DNA of 32,000 nt from Raphidiopsis brookii D9. GTDB lineage: Bacteria > Cyanobacteriota > Cyanobacteriia > Cyanobacteriales > Nostocaceae. The stretch spans positions 330,001-362,000 of the forward strand of contig ACYB01000035.1 of assembly GCA_000175855.1 (NCBI GenBank), written 5' to 3'. A model generated the notes under the pieces. That model was not told where the DNA came from. It made no database searches and worked only from the letters and a program-made list of their open reading frames with translations. Below, one piece after another: positions 1 through 11,248 of the stretch (within the stretch, counting starts at the first letter, position 1; each line of letters opens with the position of its first letter). The position numbers were made by a program, and so were the translations under genes.

Positions 1-1394
1 AACTCGCTCAGTTTGAGTTGACTAAAACTGAACGCGATGCTGCTCTGGATGTAGTTAAAAGTGCAATTGCATCTAGCATTGAGTCACTTGGGGAAGAAGA
101 TCCTATTCGCACAGCTGCAACAGCTAATAGTCAAGTACTAACGAATACTTTTAAAGACATTACTAAGTACTTTATGCGTCGTCAAATTGTTGAAGACAAT
201 GTGCGAGTAGACGGTCGTAAGTTAGATGAAGTACGTCCTGTTTCATCCCAGGTAGGACTCCTACCTCGTCGTGTTCATGGTAGTGGATTATTTAATCGTG
301 GATTAACCCAAGTGTTATCAGCTTGTACCCTTGGCACACCGGGAGATGCCCAAAGTTTAAGTGATGATTTACAAGTGGATCAGTCTAAACGTTACTTACA
401 TCATTACAATTTCCCTCCTTTCTCCGTAGGTGAAACTAAACCCTTGCGGGCGCCTGGAAGACGGGAAATAGGGCATGGAGCCTTAGCGGAAAGGGCAATT
501 TTGCCTGTGCTTCCTACCAAAGAGCAATTCCCCTACGTCATTAGGGTGGTCTCGGAAGTTCTTTCTTCCAATGGCTCTACCTCTATGGGATCAGTTTGTG
601 GATCTACACTAGCTCTCATGGATGCGGGTGTTCCCATTACTAAACCTGTCAGCGGTGCTGCTATGGGTTTGATTAAGGAAGGATCGGAAGTACGAGTACT
701 AACTGATATTCAAGGTATTGAAGACTTTTTAGGCGATATGGACTTTAAAGTGGCCGGTACTGATACAGGAATCACCGCACTACAAATGGATATGAAAATC
801 TCTGGCTTGTCTCTAGACGTAATTAAACAAGCCCTGGAGCAAGCTAAGGATGCTCGATTGCACATTTTGGATAAGATGTTGCAAACTATAGACAAACCAC
901 GAACTGAAACTTCACCTTTTGCACCACGACTAGTCACAATTAAAATTGATCCTGATATGATTGGTTTGGTCATCGGTCCAGGTGGTAAGACCATCAAGGG
1001 TATTACGGAGGAAACCGGTGCTAAGATTGACATCGAAGATAGTGGTATTGTGACTATTTCCGCTATAGATGAAAGTAGAGCCAAACGGGCAAAAAGTATA
1101 ATTCAGGGCATGACCCGCAAGCTCCACGAGGGGGATGTGTACTTAGGTCGTGTAACAAGGATCATACCAATTGGGGCTTTTGTGGAATTTTTGCCTGGTA
1201 AGGAGGGCATGATCCATATTTCCCAGCTGGCCGATTATCGTGTAGGTAAGGTGGAAGATGAAGTAGCTGTTGGTGAGGAGGTAATTGTCAAGGTTCGTGA
1301 AATTGATAGTAAGGGAAGAATTAACCTGACACGATTGGGTATTCACCCAGATCAGGCAGCTGCTGCACGAGAGGCCGCAGCAACAAATCGCTAG
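1..1394 (+). CDS. pnp: Polyribonucleotide nucleotidyltransferase (PNPase), C-terminal part; gene is truncated by the window edge
   Basis: Frame is open to the window start. Second RNase PH domain ([37 protein letters not shown]), KH domain ([29 protein letters not shown]) and S1 domain ([33 protein letters not shown]). Confidence 0.97.
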   Translation, partial: LAQFELTKTERDAALDVVKSAIASSIESLGEEDPIRTAATANSQVLTNTFKDITKYFMRRQIVEDNVRVDGRKLDEVRPVSSQVGLLPRRVHGSGLFNRGLTQVLSACTLGTPGDAQSLSDDLQVDQSKRYLHHYNFPPFSVGETKPLRAPGRREIGHGALAERAILPVLPTKEQFPYVIRVVSEVLSSNGSTSMGSVCGSTLALMDAGVPITKPVSGAAMGLIKEGSEVRVLTDIQGIEDFLGDMDFKVAGTDTGITALQMDMKISGLSLDVIKQALEQAKDARLHILDKMLQTIDKPRTETSPFAPRLVTIKIDPDMIGLVIGPGGKTIKGITEETGAKIDIEDSGIVTISAIDESRAKRAKSIIQGMTRKLHEGDVYLGRVTRIIPIGAFVEFLPGKEGMIHISQLADYRVGKVEDEVAVGEEVIVKVREIDSKGRINLTRLGIHPDQAAAAREAAATNR

Positions 1395-1542
1395 TTTTAC
1401 ATAGCTTTGTCTACAAGGTTTAAGTAAAGAGGTGTTCTGGCTCACCCCCGGTGGCCGTGACACCTGGGTAATGGGATATTCTCCAGCAATTGTATAATTT
1501 TCTTAAGTCCAAGGAAAATTTAAAATTTACAGTTGTTATTCC

Positions 1543-1809
1543 ATGGTCAGGGCTAAACGTTTACCAGAAACTACTGCCCACGTGAGAATCACCCGTCAAT
1601 CCTGGCAACATGGCCTTCTTGAGGGTGATGTCAGTGCTGGCAATTTTGAATGGCATTTTGAATGGTATTTTCTCCGGGGAGAACTTTCCATTCAACCCTC
1701 TCGGGGAAGGGCCTTGATTAGGGATCCCCTGGGACGCTTTTTAGAAAAACAAGATTATCAGTTGGAACCGGGAGGAGATTATACTTTTATTATTCGCGCC
1801 GAAATATGA
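1543..1809 (+). CDS. Small conserved cyanobacterial protein, DUF3146-like
   Basis: 88-aa ORF KRLPETTAHVRITRQSWQHG...LEPGGDYTFIIRAE, recalled as a cyanobacterial conserved family; family number from memory. Confidence 0.65.
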   Translation: MVRAKRLPETTAHVRITRQSWQHGLLEGDVSAGNFEWHFEWYFLRGELSIQPSRGRALIRDPLGRFLEKQDYQLEPGGDYTFIIRAEI

Positions 1810-1860
1810 ATTATAGCCACTACAGGCAATTCATAAACACTCCAATACTATTGGTCACAA

Positions 1861-2319
1861 CTAGAGGTTTTTGTGACAAACTCCAGTTTCTTCAAGATAG
1901 CGTTCAATTAAGAGAATTGCCACAATATCATCTATAACTCGTGGTGGTTGACGTAAACCTTTGGGTACGAGATTTGTCAATCCTCTGGGAGGAAACATCT
2001 GCCAATAACGATCCCTTGCAGCTAAGGTAGTGTAACGTTCATCTACTAAAATGATATCCAAACTGGGGTTTAATTCCTGCTCCAGTTGCTGTTTCCAAGT
2101 TTTGGCTGTGGTTTGATTTCCCATCACAATTGTGGAAATGGAAAAAGTTGTCCTGAAATCGGAAATACGGGTGATGACCTGTTTAGCGGGCACAACTTCG
2201 TGATGATAAAGTTTACGGTCTATTCCCATTACTGCTACACCACACTTGTCACGTCCAGGGTCAAAGCCTAAAATTGTGGACTGTGTTTTTATACAATTTA
2301 TTATATTATTCATTTTCAA
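1861..2319 (-). CDS. RuvX/YqgF-type RNase H-fold resolvase-like protein
   Basis: ILGFDPGRDKCGVAVMG at the N-terminus, VDERYTT and a DDIVAI C-terminal acidic motif are typical of the RuvC/YqgF fold. Its start overlaps the end of the upstream gene by 4 nt. Confidence 0.75.
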   Translation of the reverse strand: MKMNNIINCIKTQSTILGFDPGRDKCGVAVMGIDRKLYHHEVVPAKQVITRISDFRTTFSISTIVMGNQTTAKTWKQQLEQELNPSLDIILVDERYTTLAARDRYWQMFPPRGLTNLVPKGLRQPPRVIDDIVAILLIERYLEETGVCHKNL

Positions 2320-3806
2320 GTGCTAAAAACAGTTTTTCCATTGGATATTGCCACCAGTCTAACTCTTAAAGGACCTGCAGTATATATATTTTCTGCAGCA
2401 ACTGCTTTTACTTCCAAAGGTTGTTGAGACTGCTCTAGTTCAGAAAAAAATCGTAAAAAAGTGCCATCTATCTCTATTCTCTCCACAATGCCAGCATTTC
2501 GCGCACGGAACTGGGAAGCAGAAATTACTAGATCTAGCCTTTGACGCAGTTGATATGATGTCATACTTTTCATATCCGCAGAGGTTGTGGCCAATACCTG
2601 ACCAGCAGAAAATACTAGTTGATTGGGCATAGCATCGGCGAAAAATTCTATTTGTTTTTCCCCTCTTACGTAGTTACCAGCAGAAAAAATTCTCACTACA
2701 TATTCCCGACCATCCTGAATTTGTTTAGTCAGTTGTTCCACCCTTTCTTCACTTATACGTAGTAAGTCTGTATTATTTTGGTTAGTTCCTGGTTCATTTA
2801 ATTGAGTGCTGGCGTTATTATTAGCTTCCTGAAATATTTGGCTAATGACCTGATTGGCAACATTAGGTTTCTTGACACTAACTACAGCGGATGCTATTAC
2901 CTGACCACGAACTAAAGCTAGTTTACCTAAACGTAGATCGCGATAAGACTGATAATATTTTTCTAACCTTGCTACTTCTTGTTCTAAATACTGCTGCTGT
3001 TTTTCCAGCTCCCCTAGTTGCACTTCTCTACTAGCGATAATTTGTTCTCGTTTCCTAATTTCTAAATTGCGATTTTGAATTAGCCTATCTAAACCAGCAA
3101 TTTTTCGATCTCGCTGTGCAATAATTGCCTTCCGGTTAAACAATTCTCTATCTCGTTTGGTAACTGCATTTTTAGCCTCGTCAATAGCCTGTTGCGCTTG
3201 AGCATATAACTCCTGACGTTCACTCCTTAATTCTCCCACTGCCAATTGTAAGGCTTGGCGTTGTTGGTATAAATTTTCCAGTTCACCCAGGGCCTGTCTA
3301 TACTGAATCACAACTTTACCTAGTTTGCTCTGGGTTCCCCGGAGTTGAGTTTGAGTTTTAATCTGTTTTGTATTAGTAATATCAAGTTTAGCTTGTGTAC
3401 TTTTCTGTTTACTATTTGCTTCTTGTAAAGACTTATTTGTTTGTATTAGCTTATCTTTAGCTTCTTCTTGAGCTTTTCTAGCTGCAATTAGTCTATTTTC
3501 TATGTTAATCCTTTGATCCTCAGCAACTTTTAGTTGTTCCCGTTTATTTCTGAGATCTTTTTGAATATCTTCCAACTCAAACACACCCTTCCTCAATCCC
3601 TCGTCAGCGGCAAATAAAATGGCCAAAGTGGTAGCAGAAATCACACTACCCGTAAAAATAGTGACAACAACTGCCGTTTTCTTCGGACGTAAATTAAACA
3701 GAGATAAACGTGCCTTACCTACTTTGGTGCCAATGCGATCGCCGAGGGTGGCAATCACACCGCCCAAAATTAAAATTGCTGCTATGAGGATGTACCCAGT
3801 GGCCAT
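2316..3806 (-). CDS. DUF3084-type membrane-anchored coiled-coil protein
   Basis: N-terminal hydrophobic helices (GYILIAAILILGGVIATLGDRIGTKVGKARLSLFNLRPKKTAVVVTIFTGSVISATTLAILFA) followed by a long coiled-coil and a conserved C-terminal domain. Confidence 0.75.
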   Translation of the reverse strand: MATGYILIAAILILGGVIATLGDRIGTKVGKARLSLFNLRPKKTAVVVTIFTGSVISATTLAILFAADEGLRKGVFELEDIQKDLRNKREQLKVAEDQRINIENRLIAARKAQEEAKDKLIQTNKSLQEANSKQKSTQAKLDITNTKQIKTQTQLRGTQSKLGKVVIQYRQALGELENLYQQRQALQLAVGELRSERQELYAQAQQAIDEAKNAVTKRDRELFNRKAIIAQRDRKIAGLDRLIQNRNLEIRKREQIIASREVQLGELEKQQQYLEQEVARLEKYYQSYRDLRLGKLALVRGQVIASAVVSVKKPNVANQVISQIFQEANNNASTQLNEPGTNQNNTDLLRISEERVEQLTKQIQDGREYVVRIFSAGNYVRGEKQIEFFADAMPNQLVFSAGQVLATTSADMKSMTSYQLRQRLDLVISASQFRARNAGIVERIEIDGTFLRFFSELEQSQQPLEVKAVAAENIYTAGPLRVRLVAISNGKTVFST

Positions 3807-4042
3807 CTTAATCCTACCGCCAAAAAAGCTTTCATATACATTTTACTAATTCTATCCATGGTCTGTAGAGGAAAACAGCTGGAAAAAATAACAAAGTTCA
3901 AATATTGTTTGATAGTCAGCGTGGAGGCCAGCCACAACAGTTTATTTTTGCACCTTTTGCTTTATGATTAAAATACCCCTAGGGGGGATTTTACAGTGTG
4001 ATACTGTAGAAAAGTAAAGTTTAGTAACAAATATTAAAAACT

Positions 4043-4831
4043 TTGATTAGTAAAACACTCTCATCCTACAAAACTGTGAACTACTCCATTAAAAATGATT
4101 TACATACTTCCGATAGCAAAGCCATAAGTATAGATGAGTTCCATTCTCCTCTGTTCTTATTACCCGCCTTACCGAGAGCGATCGCCACCAGTCAAAGTTG
4201 GTTAATATTTGGAGCTGCGGTGTTTTTAGTATCCGTACCCGTATTTATAGAAGCGCCCCTAGTTAGATTTTTACCAACTATAAGTCTAGCCATTACTGGA
4301 TTATGGGTGTGGTTAAGTTTACAATTAATGTCCAATGAAAAAACTTATATTTGGGGTGATTTACTTCTAGGATTTAGTCTTACCTGGTTAACAGGGGCAA
4401 TTTACTGGGGTTGGTTAAGGTGGGAACCACTGTGGCACTTGCCCATAGAATCTATATGTCTACCCATGGCACTTTGGTGTTTACACAGAAACTGGGGTAA
4501 GATTGGTAACTTGTTTTATCTTGGTTCTCTATTTGGTACAGTCCTAACGGATGTATATTACTACCTAGTAGACCTAATCCCCTATTGGCGACAAATTATG
4601 AGAACTGATGTTCTGGGAGCATCAGAAATATTTAAAAATGCCTTAGCACAAGTACAAACTCCCTGGGGAGAAGGCTGGGCTATAGTTTTAGCTATATCAC
4701 TATTAGTTGCTGGTTTAGTGCCATTAAAAAATAAACAAAAGCATTGGTATGCATTTAGTGGAGCGGTTTTGAGTACAATCCTAGTAGACAGTCTATTTCT
4801 AGTAGCTGCGATTCTGGCTAAAAATTCTTAA
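4043..4831 (+). CDS. DUF3120-type integral membrane protein
   Basis: Multiple hydrophobic segments and LRWEPLWHLPIESICLPMALWCLHRNWGKIGNLFYLGSLFGTVLTDVYYYLVDLIPYWRQ, recalled as a conserved cyanobacterial family. Confidence 0.65.
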   Translation: MISKTLSSYKTVNYSIKNDLHTSDSKAISIDEFHSPLFLLPALPRAIATSQSWLIFGAAVFLVSVPVFIEAPLVRFLPTISLAITGLWVWLSLQLMSNEKTYIWGDLLLGFSLTWLTGAIYWGWLRWEPLWHLPIESICLPMALWCLHRNWGKIGNLFYLGSLFGTVLTDVYYYLVDLIPYWRQIMRTDVLGASEIFKNALAQVQTPWGEGWAIVLAISLLVAGLVPLKNKQKHWYAFSGAVLSTILVDSLFLVAAILAKNS

Positions 4832-4931
4832 CCATGGGAGAGCAACTAACTCATAGAGTGTCAATCAGAAGTTGTATAGTAGTTTTTGACTCCTACAAAC
4901 ATTCCCTCAGTGGAATGAGATCGGACTACCT

Positions 4932-5402
4932 GTGGGGGTTGATTTTTGTTTGATGGAAAGAGGAAAGAAAATTGTGAAAGGATTAGTGCGTTTATTAACA
5001 GTTTTTAGTTTGTTACTGGGATGCTGGGGATGGTTAGGAATAACCCCAGCAGCTCAAGCTTGGGATTTTAGCCATGTTAACCTATACCAAACGCCAATTT
5101 TGGCAATTGCTCGCCAAAATAAAGCTGATCAGAAACTAGCAACGGATTTTGGTAAAAAAATAGACTTGAATAATACCAACATTTCTCGATTTCAAGGGAT
5201 CAGAGGGTTTTATCCGGTTCTGGCTAAAAAAATCATTGCTAATGCTCCCTATGCTAAGGTAGAAGACGTGTTGGAAATTAAGGGTTTGAGCGATCGCCAG
5301 AAAAAACTTCTAGCAAATAATTTAAGTCAATTTACCGTAACAAAATACGATGCTGAATTCAATGAAGGCGATGATCGTATTAACAACGGTATTTACAGAT
5401 AA
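4932..5402 (+). CDS. psbU: Photosystem II extrinsic protein U (PsbU, 12 kDa); the real start may be the internal ATG at about 4953
   Basis: Signal peptide ending AAQA, then ATDFGKKIDLNNTNISRF...YPVLAKKIIANAPYAKVEDVLEIKGLSDRQKKLLANNLSQFTVT...DRINNGIYR. Confidence 0.92.
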   Translation: MGVDFCLMERGKKIVKGLVRLLTVFSLLLGCWGWLGITPAAQAWDFSHVNLYQTPILAIARQNKADQKLATDFGKKIDLNNTNISRFQGIRGFYPVLAKKIIANAPYAKVEDVLEIKGLSDRQKKLLANNLSQFTVTKYDAEFNEGDDRINNGIYR

Positions 5403-5428
5403 GACAAATACCTAATGGGTGAGGAGGG

Positions 5429-7159
5429 GTGAACAATTTTATCCCCCTAATCTCCCATTTTCTGATTCCTTGTTTATACCCATATACCTTAACCTTGACT
5501 GAAATAGATATTAATCAGACATTTGATGTATTAGTAATAGGTGCTGGTGCTGCTGGACTATACACAGCTTTATGTTTACCTGCATCCTTACGAATTGGCT
5601 TAATTACTAAGGAAAATCTTACCCTATCTGCTAGTGATTGGGCCCAGGGTGGTATTGCTGCTGCCATATCCCCAGAGGATTCACCAAAACTCCATATTGA
5701 GGACACCTTAAAAGCTGGTGCAGGTTTGTGTGATGTTAAATCGGTAGAATTCTTAGCCCATAAAGCTCCCGATTGCATTCAAGCCTTAGTAAATTTAGGC
5801 GTAGCCTTTGATCGTCATGGTACAAGCCTAGCCTTAACCTTAGAAGCTGCTCATTCCCGTCATCGAGTGCTCCATGCAGCAGATACTACAGGTAGGGAAG
5901 TAACCACCACCCTAGCAAATCAAGTATTATGTTGTCCAAATATTCAAGTGATTCAACAGGCTTTAGCCCTTTCTATCTGGTTAGATACAAAAACTGGACA
6001 CTGTCAGGGAATTAGTCTGTTTTATGAGGGAGAAGTAACTTGGCTAAGAGCGGGTGCAGTAGTTTTAGCCACAGGTGGTGGAGGTCAAGTATTTGCTCAA
6101 ACTACTAATCCAGCAGTCAGTACAGGTGATGGGGTGGCCATAGCTTGGCGTTCGGGTGCGATTATTCGCGATCCAGAATTTGTGCAATTTCATCCTACCG
6201 CGTTAATAAAACCAGGAAGGTTTTTAATTAGTGAAGCTGTAAGGGGGGAGGGAGCCCACTTAATTGATGATCAGGGGCGACGTTTTGCGTTTGATTATCA
6301 TCCCGCAGGTGAACTAGCACCCAGAGATGTGGTCAGTAGAGCTATCTTTAGTCATCTACAAGGTACCACCAAGGATTTAGCTACTGCCCATGTTTGGTTA
6401 GATATGCGTCCCATAGATCCGGATAGAATTCGCCAAAGGTTTCCTAATATTATTAAAGTTTGTCAGTACTGGTCCATAGATGTATTTAGTCAACCTATTC
6501 CCGTATCTCCCGCAGCCCATTATTGGATGGGTGGTATTCTCACGAATTTAGAAAATCGCACTTCCATTCCCGGTTTATATGCTGTGGGAGAAACTGCTAG
6601 TACTGGTGTGCATGGTGCCAATCGTCTGGCCAGTAATTCCCTACTAGAATGTATAGTGTTTGGGGCACAGATGGCTGATTTGAAATTGCCATCGGTAATA
6701 CCATCCAATTTACATCCCAGTCATCCCAGTTCCTGGGAATGTAATTTAAGCGGGTGGGAAAGCCAAAAATCAGTATTAGAAAGTATGAGAGAAAATTTGC
6801 CGCGACTAGTTTGGCAAAGTGCAGGTATTTGTCGAGAACAAGTAAGTCTAGACCAGGCGATCGCTCAGGTTGTATTTTGGCAAGGGGAGTTTGCCAGTTT
6901 ACCTTTGAGTCAGTTTTTAAAAACCTTACCTGGTGGAACACCAGCTAAATTTAATTATTCCGATATCAATCAGTTATTGCGTCTATGGGCAGAAACCCAA
7001 AATTTATTAGATGTGGCTTATTTAATTCTTAAAAGTGCTGCTTTTAGGAAAGAAAGTCGAGGTGGGCATTATCGTTCAGATTATCCGGAAGTGGTTAATG
7101 AATGGCAAGTGCACACAATGATCCAAGATGATCGTTGGTGGAAATCTGAGGGAATTTAG
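5429..7159 (+). CDS. nadB: L-aspartate oxidase (start probably further downstream)
   Basis: FAD-binding FDVLVIGAGAAGLYTAL, DWAQGGIAAA, GVAFDRHG, EAAHSRHRVLHAADTTG, and the active-site regions HPTAL and SEAVRGEGAHLIDDQGRRF. Confidence 0.93.
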   Translation: MNNFIPLISHFLIPCLYPYTLTLTEIDINQTFDVLVIGAGAAGLYTALCLPASLRIGLITKENLTLSASDWAQGGIAAAISPEDSPKLHIEDTLKAGAGLCDVKSVEFLAHKAPDCIQALVNLGVAFDRHGTSLALTLEAAHSRHRVLHAADTTGREVTTTLANQVLCCPNIQVIQQALALSIWLDTKTGHCQGISLFYEGEVTWLRAGAVVLATGGGGQVFAQTTNPAVSTGDGVAIAWRSGAIIRDPEFVQFHPTALIKPGRFLISEAVRGEGAHLIDDQGRRFAFDYHPAGELAPRDVVSRAIFSHLQGTTKDLATAHVWLDMRPIDPDRIRQRFPNIIKVCQYWSIDVFSQPIPVSPAAHYWMGGILTNLENRTSIPGLYAVGETASTGVHGANRLASNSLLECIVFGAQMADLKLPSVIPSNLHPSHPSSWECNLSGWESQKSVLESMRENLPRLVWQSAGICREQVSLDQAIAQVVFWQGEFASLPLSQFLKTLPGGTPAKFNYSDINQLLRLWAETQNLLDVAYLILKSAAFRKESRGGHYRSDYPEVVNEWQVHTMIQDDRWWKSEGI

Positions 7160-7299
7160 GGTGAAAAACTATCAGTTACCATCCAAACTAAAACTTCTAG
7201 TATGGATGTGAGTGTACTGCTAGCAGTAATTGGTTGAATTTGTGGTCTTCAACTGTATTGATTCCAAAAGTTTGTTTGACTTTTTTCAGTCCAACTTAC

Positions 7300-8310
7300 T
7301 TACCGAAAGTATTTGAAATTTTGTGGACCCATATAACCGCTCAGTCTAGCTAAATCACTCAAATTTTGCACTCCACTATAGATTTTACCGTTAATTATCC
7401 AAGAGGGGAAGCCCTCAATCTTTGCTGCTTTACAGAGTGCTGGTTTACCTTTAGGACTGTCTGCAGTACATTCTACTGTGATGTTATTATTATTGATGAT
7501 TTGATAGGCTTCTTTACCAAAGAGTAGCTTCTGTTCATGACAATGGGGACACCAATAGGCAACGTACTCTTTAGCACCAATTTTTACTAAGTGCTGGGCT
7601 AGAGCAATTTCCGATTCTCCTGATTTGGTGGTTATTTCCCAACCAAAATTAGGATTGGGTTCTTCCCTGGGTGAAAAAGTAATACGTTGCTGACCGGAGG
7701 TGGTAGTATCAGTAGTGATATCAATAGGGGGTTTCGAGTAAATACCTAAAGTGGTAATTAGTGTGACTACAACAACTATCAACCCAATAAACAGAACTTG
7801 ACCTATATCCTCCCATTCTCTTCCTAAAACTGTCAAAATCAGCATACTCAAAGCAAAAAATGCTGATGCAATACAGTACCAACATACGGCTTGCAGTTGG
7901 AATGCTAGAACATACATTAAATAGCTACTGAACATACTCATGGCGATCGCCCCGATCAATAGTAGCCACCAACTTAAATTCTCTATTTGTTCTGTACTCT
8001 TGGTTTGACTACTTTTCTTGCTATTTTTATCCTTTAATCTTAGCAGAATAGGAGACATAGCTAGTATAAACATGGCTGTGTATGCTAACAATCCAAACAG
8101 AGCCAAAGGTTGACCAAACACAGTTCCCCAGTAACTGGAAAGAACATCCACACAACCTTTAACCTGCTCCCCAGCATTACATATAGGCGTACCACCCGTT
8201 AATTTTTCGTAAGTAAGATAACCAGTGTTAAGAATACCAAGAGTAGCGATCGCCCCGATGAGGGGACGAGACCAGTAATGAATCCAGGGAGTAGAACGAC
8301 GACGAATCAT
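7300..8310 (-). CDS. Vitamin K epoxide reductase (VKOR) fused to a thioredoxin-like domain
   Basis: TM helices with CVDVLSSYWGTVFG and the AVCWYCIASA CxxC motif, then a periplasmic YWCPHCHEQKLLF thioredoxin-like domain with FPSWIINGKIYSG. Confidence 0.9.
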   Translation of the reverse strand: MIRRRSTPWIHYWSRPLIGAIATLGILNTGYLTYEKLTGGTPICNAGEQVKGCVDVLSSYWGTVFGQPLALFGLLAYTAMFILAMSPILLRLKDKNSKKSSQTKSTEQIENLSWWLLLIGAIAMSMFSSYLMYVLAFQLQAVCWYCIASAFFALSMLILTVLGREWEDIGQVLFIGLIVVVVTLITTLGIYSKPPIDITTDTTTSGQQRITFSPREEPNPNFGWEITTKSGESEIALAQHLVKIGAKEYVAYWCPHCHEQKLLFGKEAYQIINNNNITVECTADSPKGKPALCKAAKIEGFPSWIINGKIYSGVQNLSDLARLSGYMGPQNFKYFR

Positions 8311-8357
8311 AATTGTTTATCAGTTTAGTTATTTAGTAGTATTTTTGAACAAAACAA

Positions 8358-9170
8358 TTAAATTTTTGTAGTGATGCTTCTATGAGCAGCTTCTACAAAT
8401 TGACTCACACGGGTAGGATCAATGGGTTGAGAGATTTGACCATGACGTTTGAGAGAGCTGGAAACAATGACCCCATCAACTACTGGCATAAGAGTGCCAA
8501 TATTTTCCCAATCAGCACCGCTACCGATAAATACTGGAGTAGTAGCAGCAACCCTGCTAGCCAATTTTAAATCTTCCAAGCTGGGAGGACTACCAGTTTC
8601 CAAACCCGATAAAATCACCCCATCAGCCAAACCCCTTTCTATGGTATCTTTAATGGCCACACTCAGATGAGGATGACCTAAGGGACGAGCATGTTTAACT
8701 AATACATCAGCCAGAATTTTCACATCGGAACCTAATTCTCGACGATAACGGAGTAACTGATGTGCCCTTCCTTCTATTAATCCTTGATCGGTATCCATAA
8801 CACCGGTCAGAACATTAACACGAATGAATTCAGCCTTTACACAACTGGCGATCGCCATGGCACTTTCCGCATCGTTTCTTAAAACATTTAAACCCAGAGG
8901 TAAAGTGACCAGATTTTGAATTCTCTGTACTGCTAGGGTCATAGCACTAACCACAGCAGGATCAACGTGATTTTTAGTAAAGGGGGCATCAAAAAAATTT
9001 TCTACAATTAAAGCATCCACCCCACCACTGGCCAGGGCGGTAGCTTCCTGTTCAGCGCGGTCAATTACTGCTTTCAGACTACCTCCCCAGCGGGCTGATG
9101 TGGGTAAAGGTAGTAAATGAACTACACCAATAATGGGTTTACGAGTTTTGAATAGTTTATATAAGTTCAC
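8358..9170 (-). CDS. BtpA/SgcQ-family protein (photosystem I biogenesis)
   Basis: KPIIGVVHLLPLPTS, GVDALIVENFFDAPF, and GSGADWENIGTLMPVVDGVIVSSSLK are hallmarks of the BtpA TIM-barrel family. Confidence 0.85.
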   Translation of the reverse strand: MNLYKLFKTRKPIIGVVHLLPLPTSARWGGSLKAVIDRAEQEATALASGGVDALIVENFFDAPFTKNHVDPAVVSAMTLAVQRIQNLVTLPLGLNVLRNDAESAMAIASCVKAEFIRVNVLTGVMDTDQGLIEGRAHQLLRYRRELGSDVKILADVLVKHARPLGHPHLSVAIKDTIERGLADGVILSGLETGSPPSLEDLKLASRVAATTPVFIGSGADWENIGTLMPVVDGVIVSSSLKRHGQISQPIDPTRVSQFVEAAHRSITTKI

Positions 9171-9360
9171 GTTTTTAATTTGACTAGAGCATTCTTGAAT
9201 CCAGGGATGGGGAGGTTGAGGGGGAGTTACAGTTCCTGTGGGTTCTCCACCAGATTTAACTGGTCATTGTCTTAATGTGTTTTGGCGTATTATTCAGAAA
9301 TTAATAAATCTCCTCATGCTCAAGATGTAAATTGCTGTTAAACCTTTCATAAGATATGTT

Positions 9361-9575
9361 AAGATAAAACTTGGCTACAAGAGGAGCTTGCCACTCAAAA
9401 AAATGCAAGACAAGTGTCCTGATTTTTCGGTATCTGGCTGTATGTAATATACAGCACAATCCTAAGAACCAGGTCGTGGAACTGCTTGATGGGTTTAGTC
9501 GCCTTGGCGATTTCCCGGAGGGTAGCAACTTCTCAAAAACAGCCCTTGGGGCGGCTTCCCGATGGGTAAATTAAC
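9361..9575 (+). ncRNA. Candidate structured noncoding RNA region in the btpA-like/rimO intergenic space; strand and boundaries uncertain
   Basis: No convincing ORF over about 690 nt, but several complementary segments: CTTGC...GCAAG nested inside ACTTG...CAAGT, CTGTATgtaatATACAG, TCGCCttGGCGA, GCCCttgGGGC. Local G+C is higher than in the flanks. Confidence 0.3.
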
Positions 9576-9864
9576 AACGCGCACGCTAGGGTTTTGTAAA
9601 ATACCATTAAGCGAATCGTTAAAAAATATGAAAAGTGTCCTAACTACCTACCCAAAGACACCAGAATTTACCCGAGGAAACAAAATAACAAGAACATCAT
9701 AACATAACCTCAATCATCAAGTATGAATGGGGTTAGACCGTGTCGAGCATAAACTAGAAATCTAGAGTATAGATATCAAAAGAGAGTGTTCAATGCGGGT
9801 TTAAGGTGCAAGGAAGGTGTCCATCAACTTGTGTTAACAAAAAAAGTGAAGATATATTCAAGAT

Positions 9865-11184
9865 ATGGGTGATAAGCCAACAATTGCCATTTCACACCTA
9901 GGCTGCGAGAAAAACCGAATAGATACAGAACACATATTAGGACTGCTGGTAGAAGCGGGATACAGTGTGGACACGAACGAGGAATTAGCAGACTATGTGA
10001 TAGTAAATACCTGTAGTTTCATTGAAGCTGCCAGGGAAGAATCGGTGAGAACTCTAGTGGAGTTAGCCGAGTCTAACAAAAAGATAGTAATTGCTGGTTG
10101 TATGGCCCAGCACTTTCAAGAGCAACTATTAGAGGAGTTACCAGAAGCGGTAGCGGTAGTAGGGACTGGTGACTACCACAAGATAGTGAATGTGCTTGAG
10201 CGGGTGGAGAGGGGAGAGAGAGTCAAACAAATTAGTGTTGACCCTACATATATAGCGGACGAAAACACGCCCCGTTATAGAACAACCACAGAAGGAGTAG
10301 CTTATCTTAGAGTTGCTGAAGGCTGTGATTATGGTTGTGCATTTTGTATTATTCCCTATTTAAGAGGCAATCAGCGATCGCGTACCATTGAATCAATAGT
10401 AGGGGAAGCCAAGCAACTAGCAGCGCAGGGAGTCAAGGAGCTAATTTTGATTTCCCAGATTACGACCAACTACGGGTTAGACATTTATGGTCAACCCAAA
10501 TTGGCCGAATTGATTAGCGCCTTGGGGGAAGTAGATATTCCCTGGGTAAGAATGCACTACGCCTATCCCACAGGAATAACACCGGATGTGATTAAGGCAA
10601 TTCAAGAAACGGCGAATTTCCTTCCTTACTTGGATTTGCCCTTACAACATTCCCATCCTGAAATACTGCGCGCCATGAATCGTCCCTGGCAAGGTAGAGT
10701 AAATGATGGAATTATTGAGCGGATAAAAACCGCGCTACCAGAAGCAGTGTTGAGGACAACATTTATAGTTGGGTTTCCTGGGGAGACACAAGAGCATTTT
10801 GATCATTTGTTGGAGTTTACGGAGCGACATCAATTTGATCATTTGGGAGTTTTCACATTTTCACCGGAAGAGGGGACTCCAGCGTATAACCTACCAAATC
10901 AGTTACCACAGGAATTGATGGTAGAAAGACGGAATCAACTCATGGAAATACAACAGCCCATTTCCCTGCACAAAAATTGGCAGCAAGTGGGAAGAATAGT
11001 TGATGTCCTAATTGAACAAGAAAATCCCCAAACGGGGGATTTAATAGGACGTTCCGACAGATTTGCCCCGGAAGTAGATGGTCAAGTATATGTTCAGGGG
11101 AAAGCCAGCTTAGGAACAATAGTGCCTGTAAAAATCACCACTGCGGATGCTTATGATCTATACGGTGAAGTAGTCATGGCATAG
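9865..11184 (+). CDS. rimO: Ribosomal protein S12 methylthiotransferase RimO
   Basis: [16 protein letters not shown], radical [34 protein letters not shown], and a C-terminal TRAM domain. Confidence 0.94.
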   Translation: MGDKPTIAISHLGCEKNRIDTEHILGLLVEAGYSVDTNEELADYVIVNTCSFIEAAREESVRTLVELAESNKKIVIAGCMAQHFQEQLLEELPEAVAVVGTGDYHKIVNVLERVERGERVKQISVDPTYIADENTPRYRTTTEGVAYLRVAEGCDYGCAFCIIPYLRGNQRSRTIESIVGEAKQLAAQGVKELILISQITTNYGLDIYGQPKLAELISALGEVDIPWVRMHYAYPTGITPDVIKAIQETANFLPYLDLPLQHSHPEILRAMNRPWQGRVNDGIIERIKTALPEAVLRTTFIVGFPGETQEHFDHLLEFTERHQFDHLGVFTFSPEEGTPAYNLPNQLPQELMVERRNQLMEIQQPISLHKNWQQVGRIVDVLIEQENPQTGDLIGRSDRFAPEVDGQVYVQGKASLGTIVPVKITTADAYDLYGEVVMA

Positions 11185-11248
11185 CAACCAAGTCCAAATA
11201 CAGATCTAAATAGAGATCCACAACTCACAATAAAATTTAGGAGAATTA

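Noticed and set aside
710-1084. 124-aa minus-strand ORF antisense to pnp
   Set aside because: Lies wholly within a strongly supported coding gene and has no recognisable domain; chance antisense ORF.
1143-1463. 106-aa minus-strand ORF overlapping the pnp end and intergenic space
   Set aside because: Composition and overlap with pnp suggest a chance ORF; no recognisable motif.
9301-9574. Two small opposing ORFs (75 aa minus, 67 aa plus) in the btpA-like/rimO gap
   Set aside because: Mutually overlapping, no RBS or domain signal; region fits a structured RNA better than protein coding.
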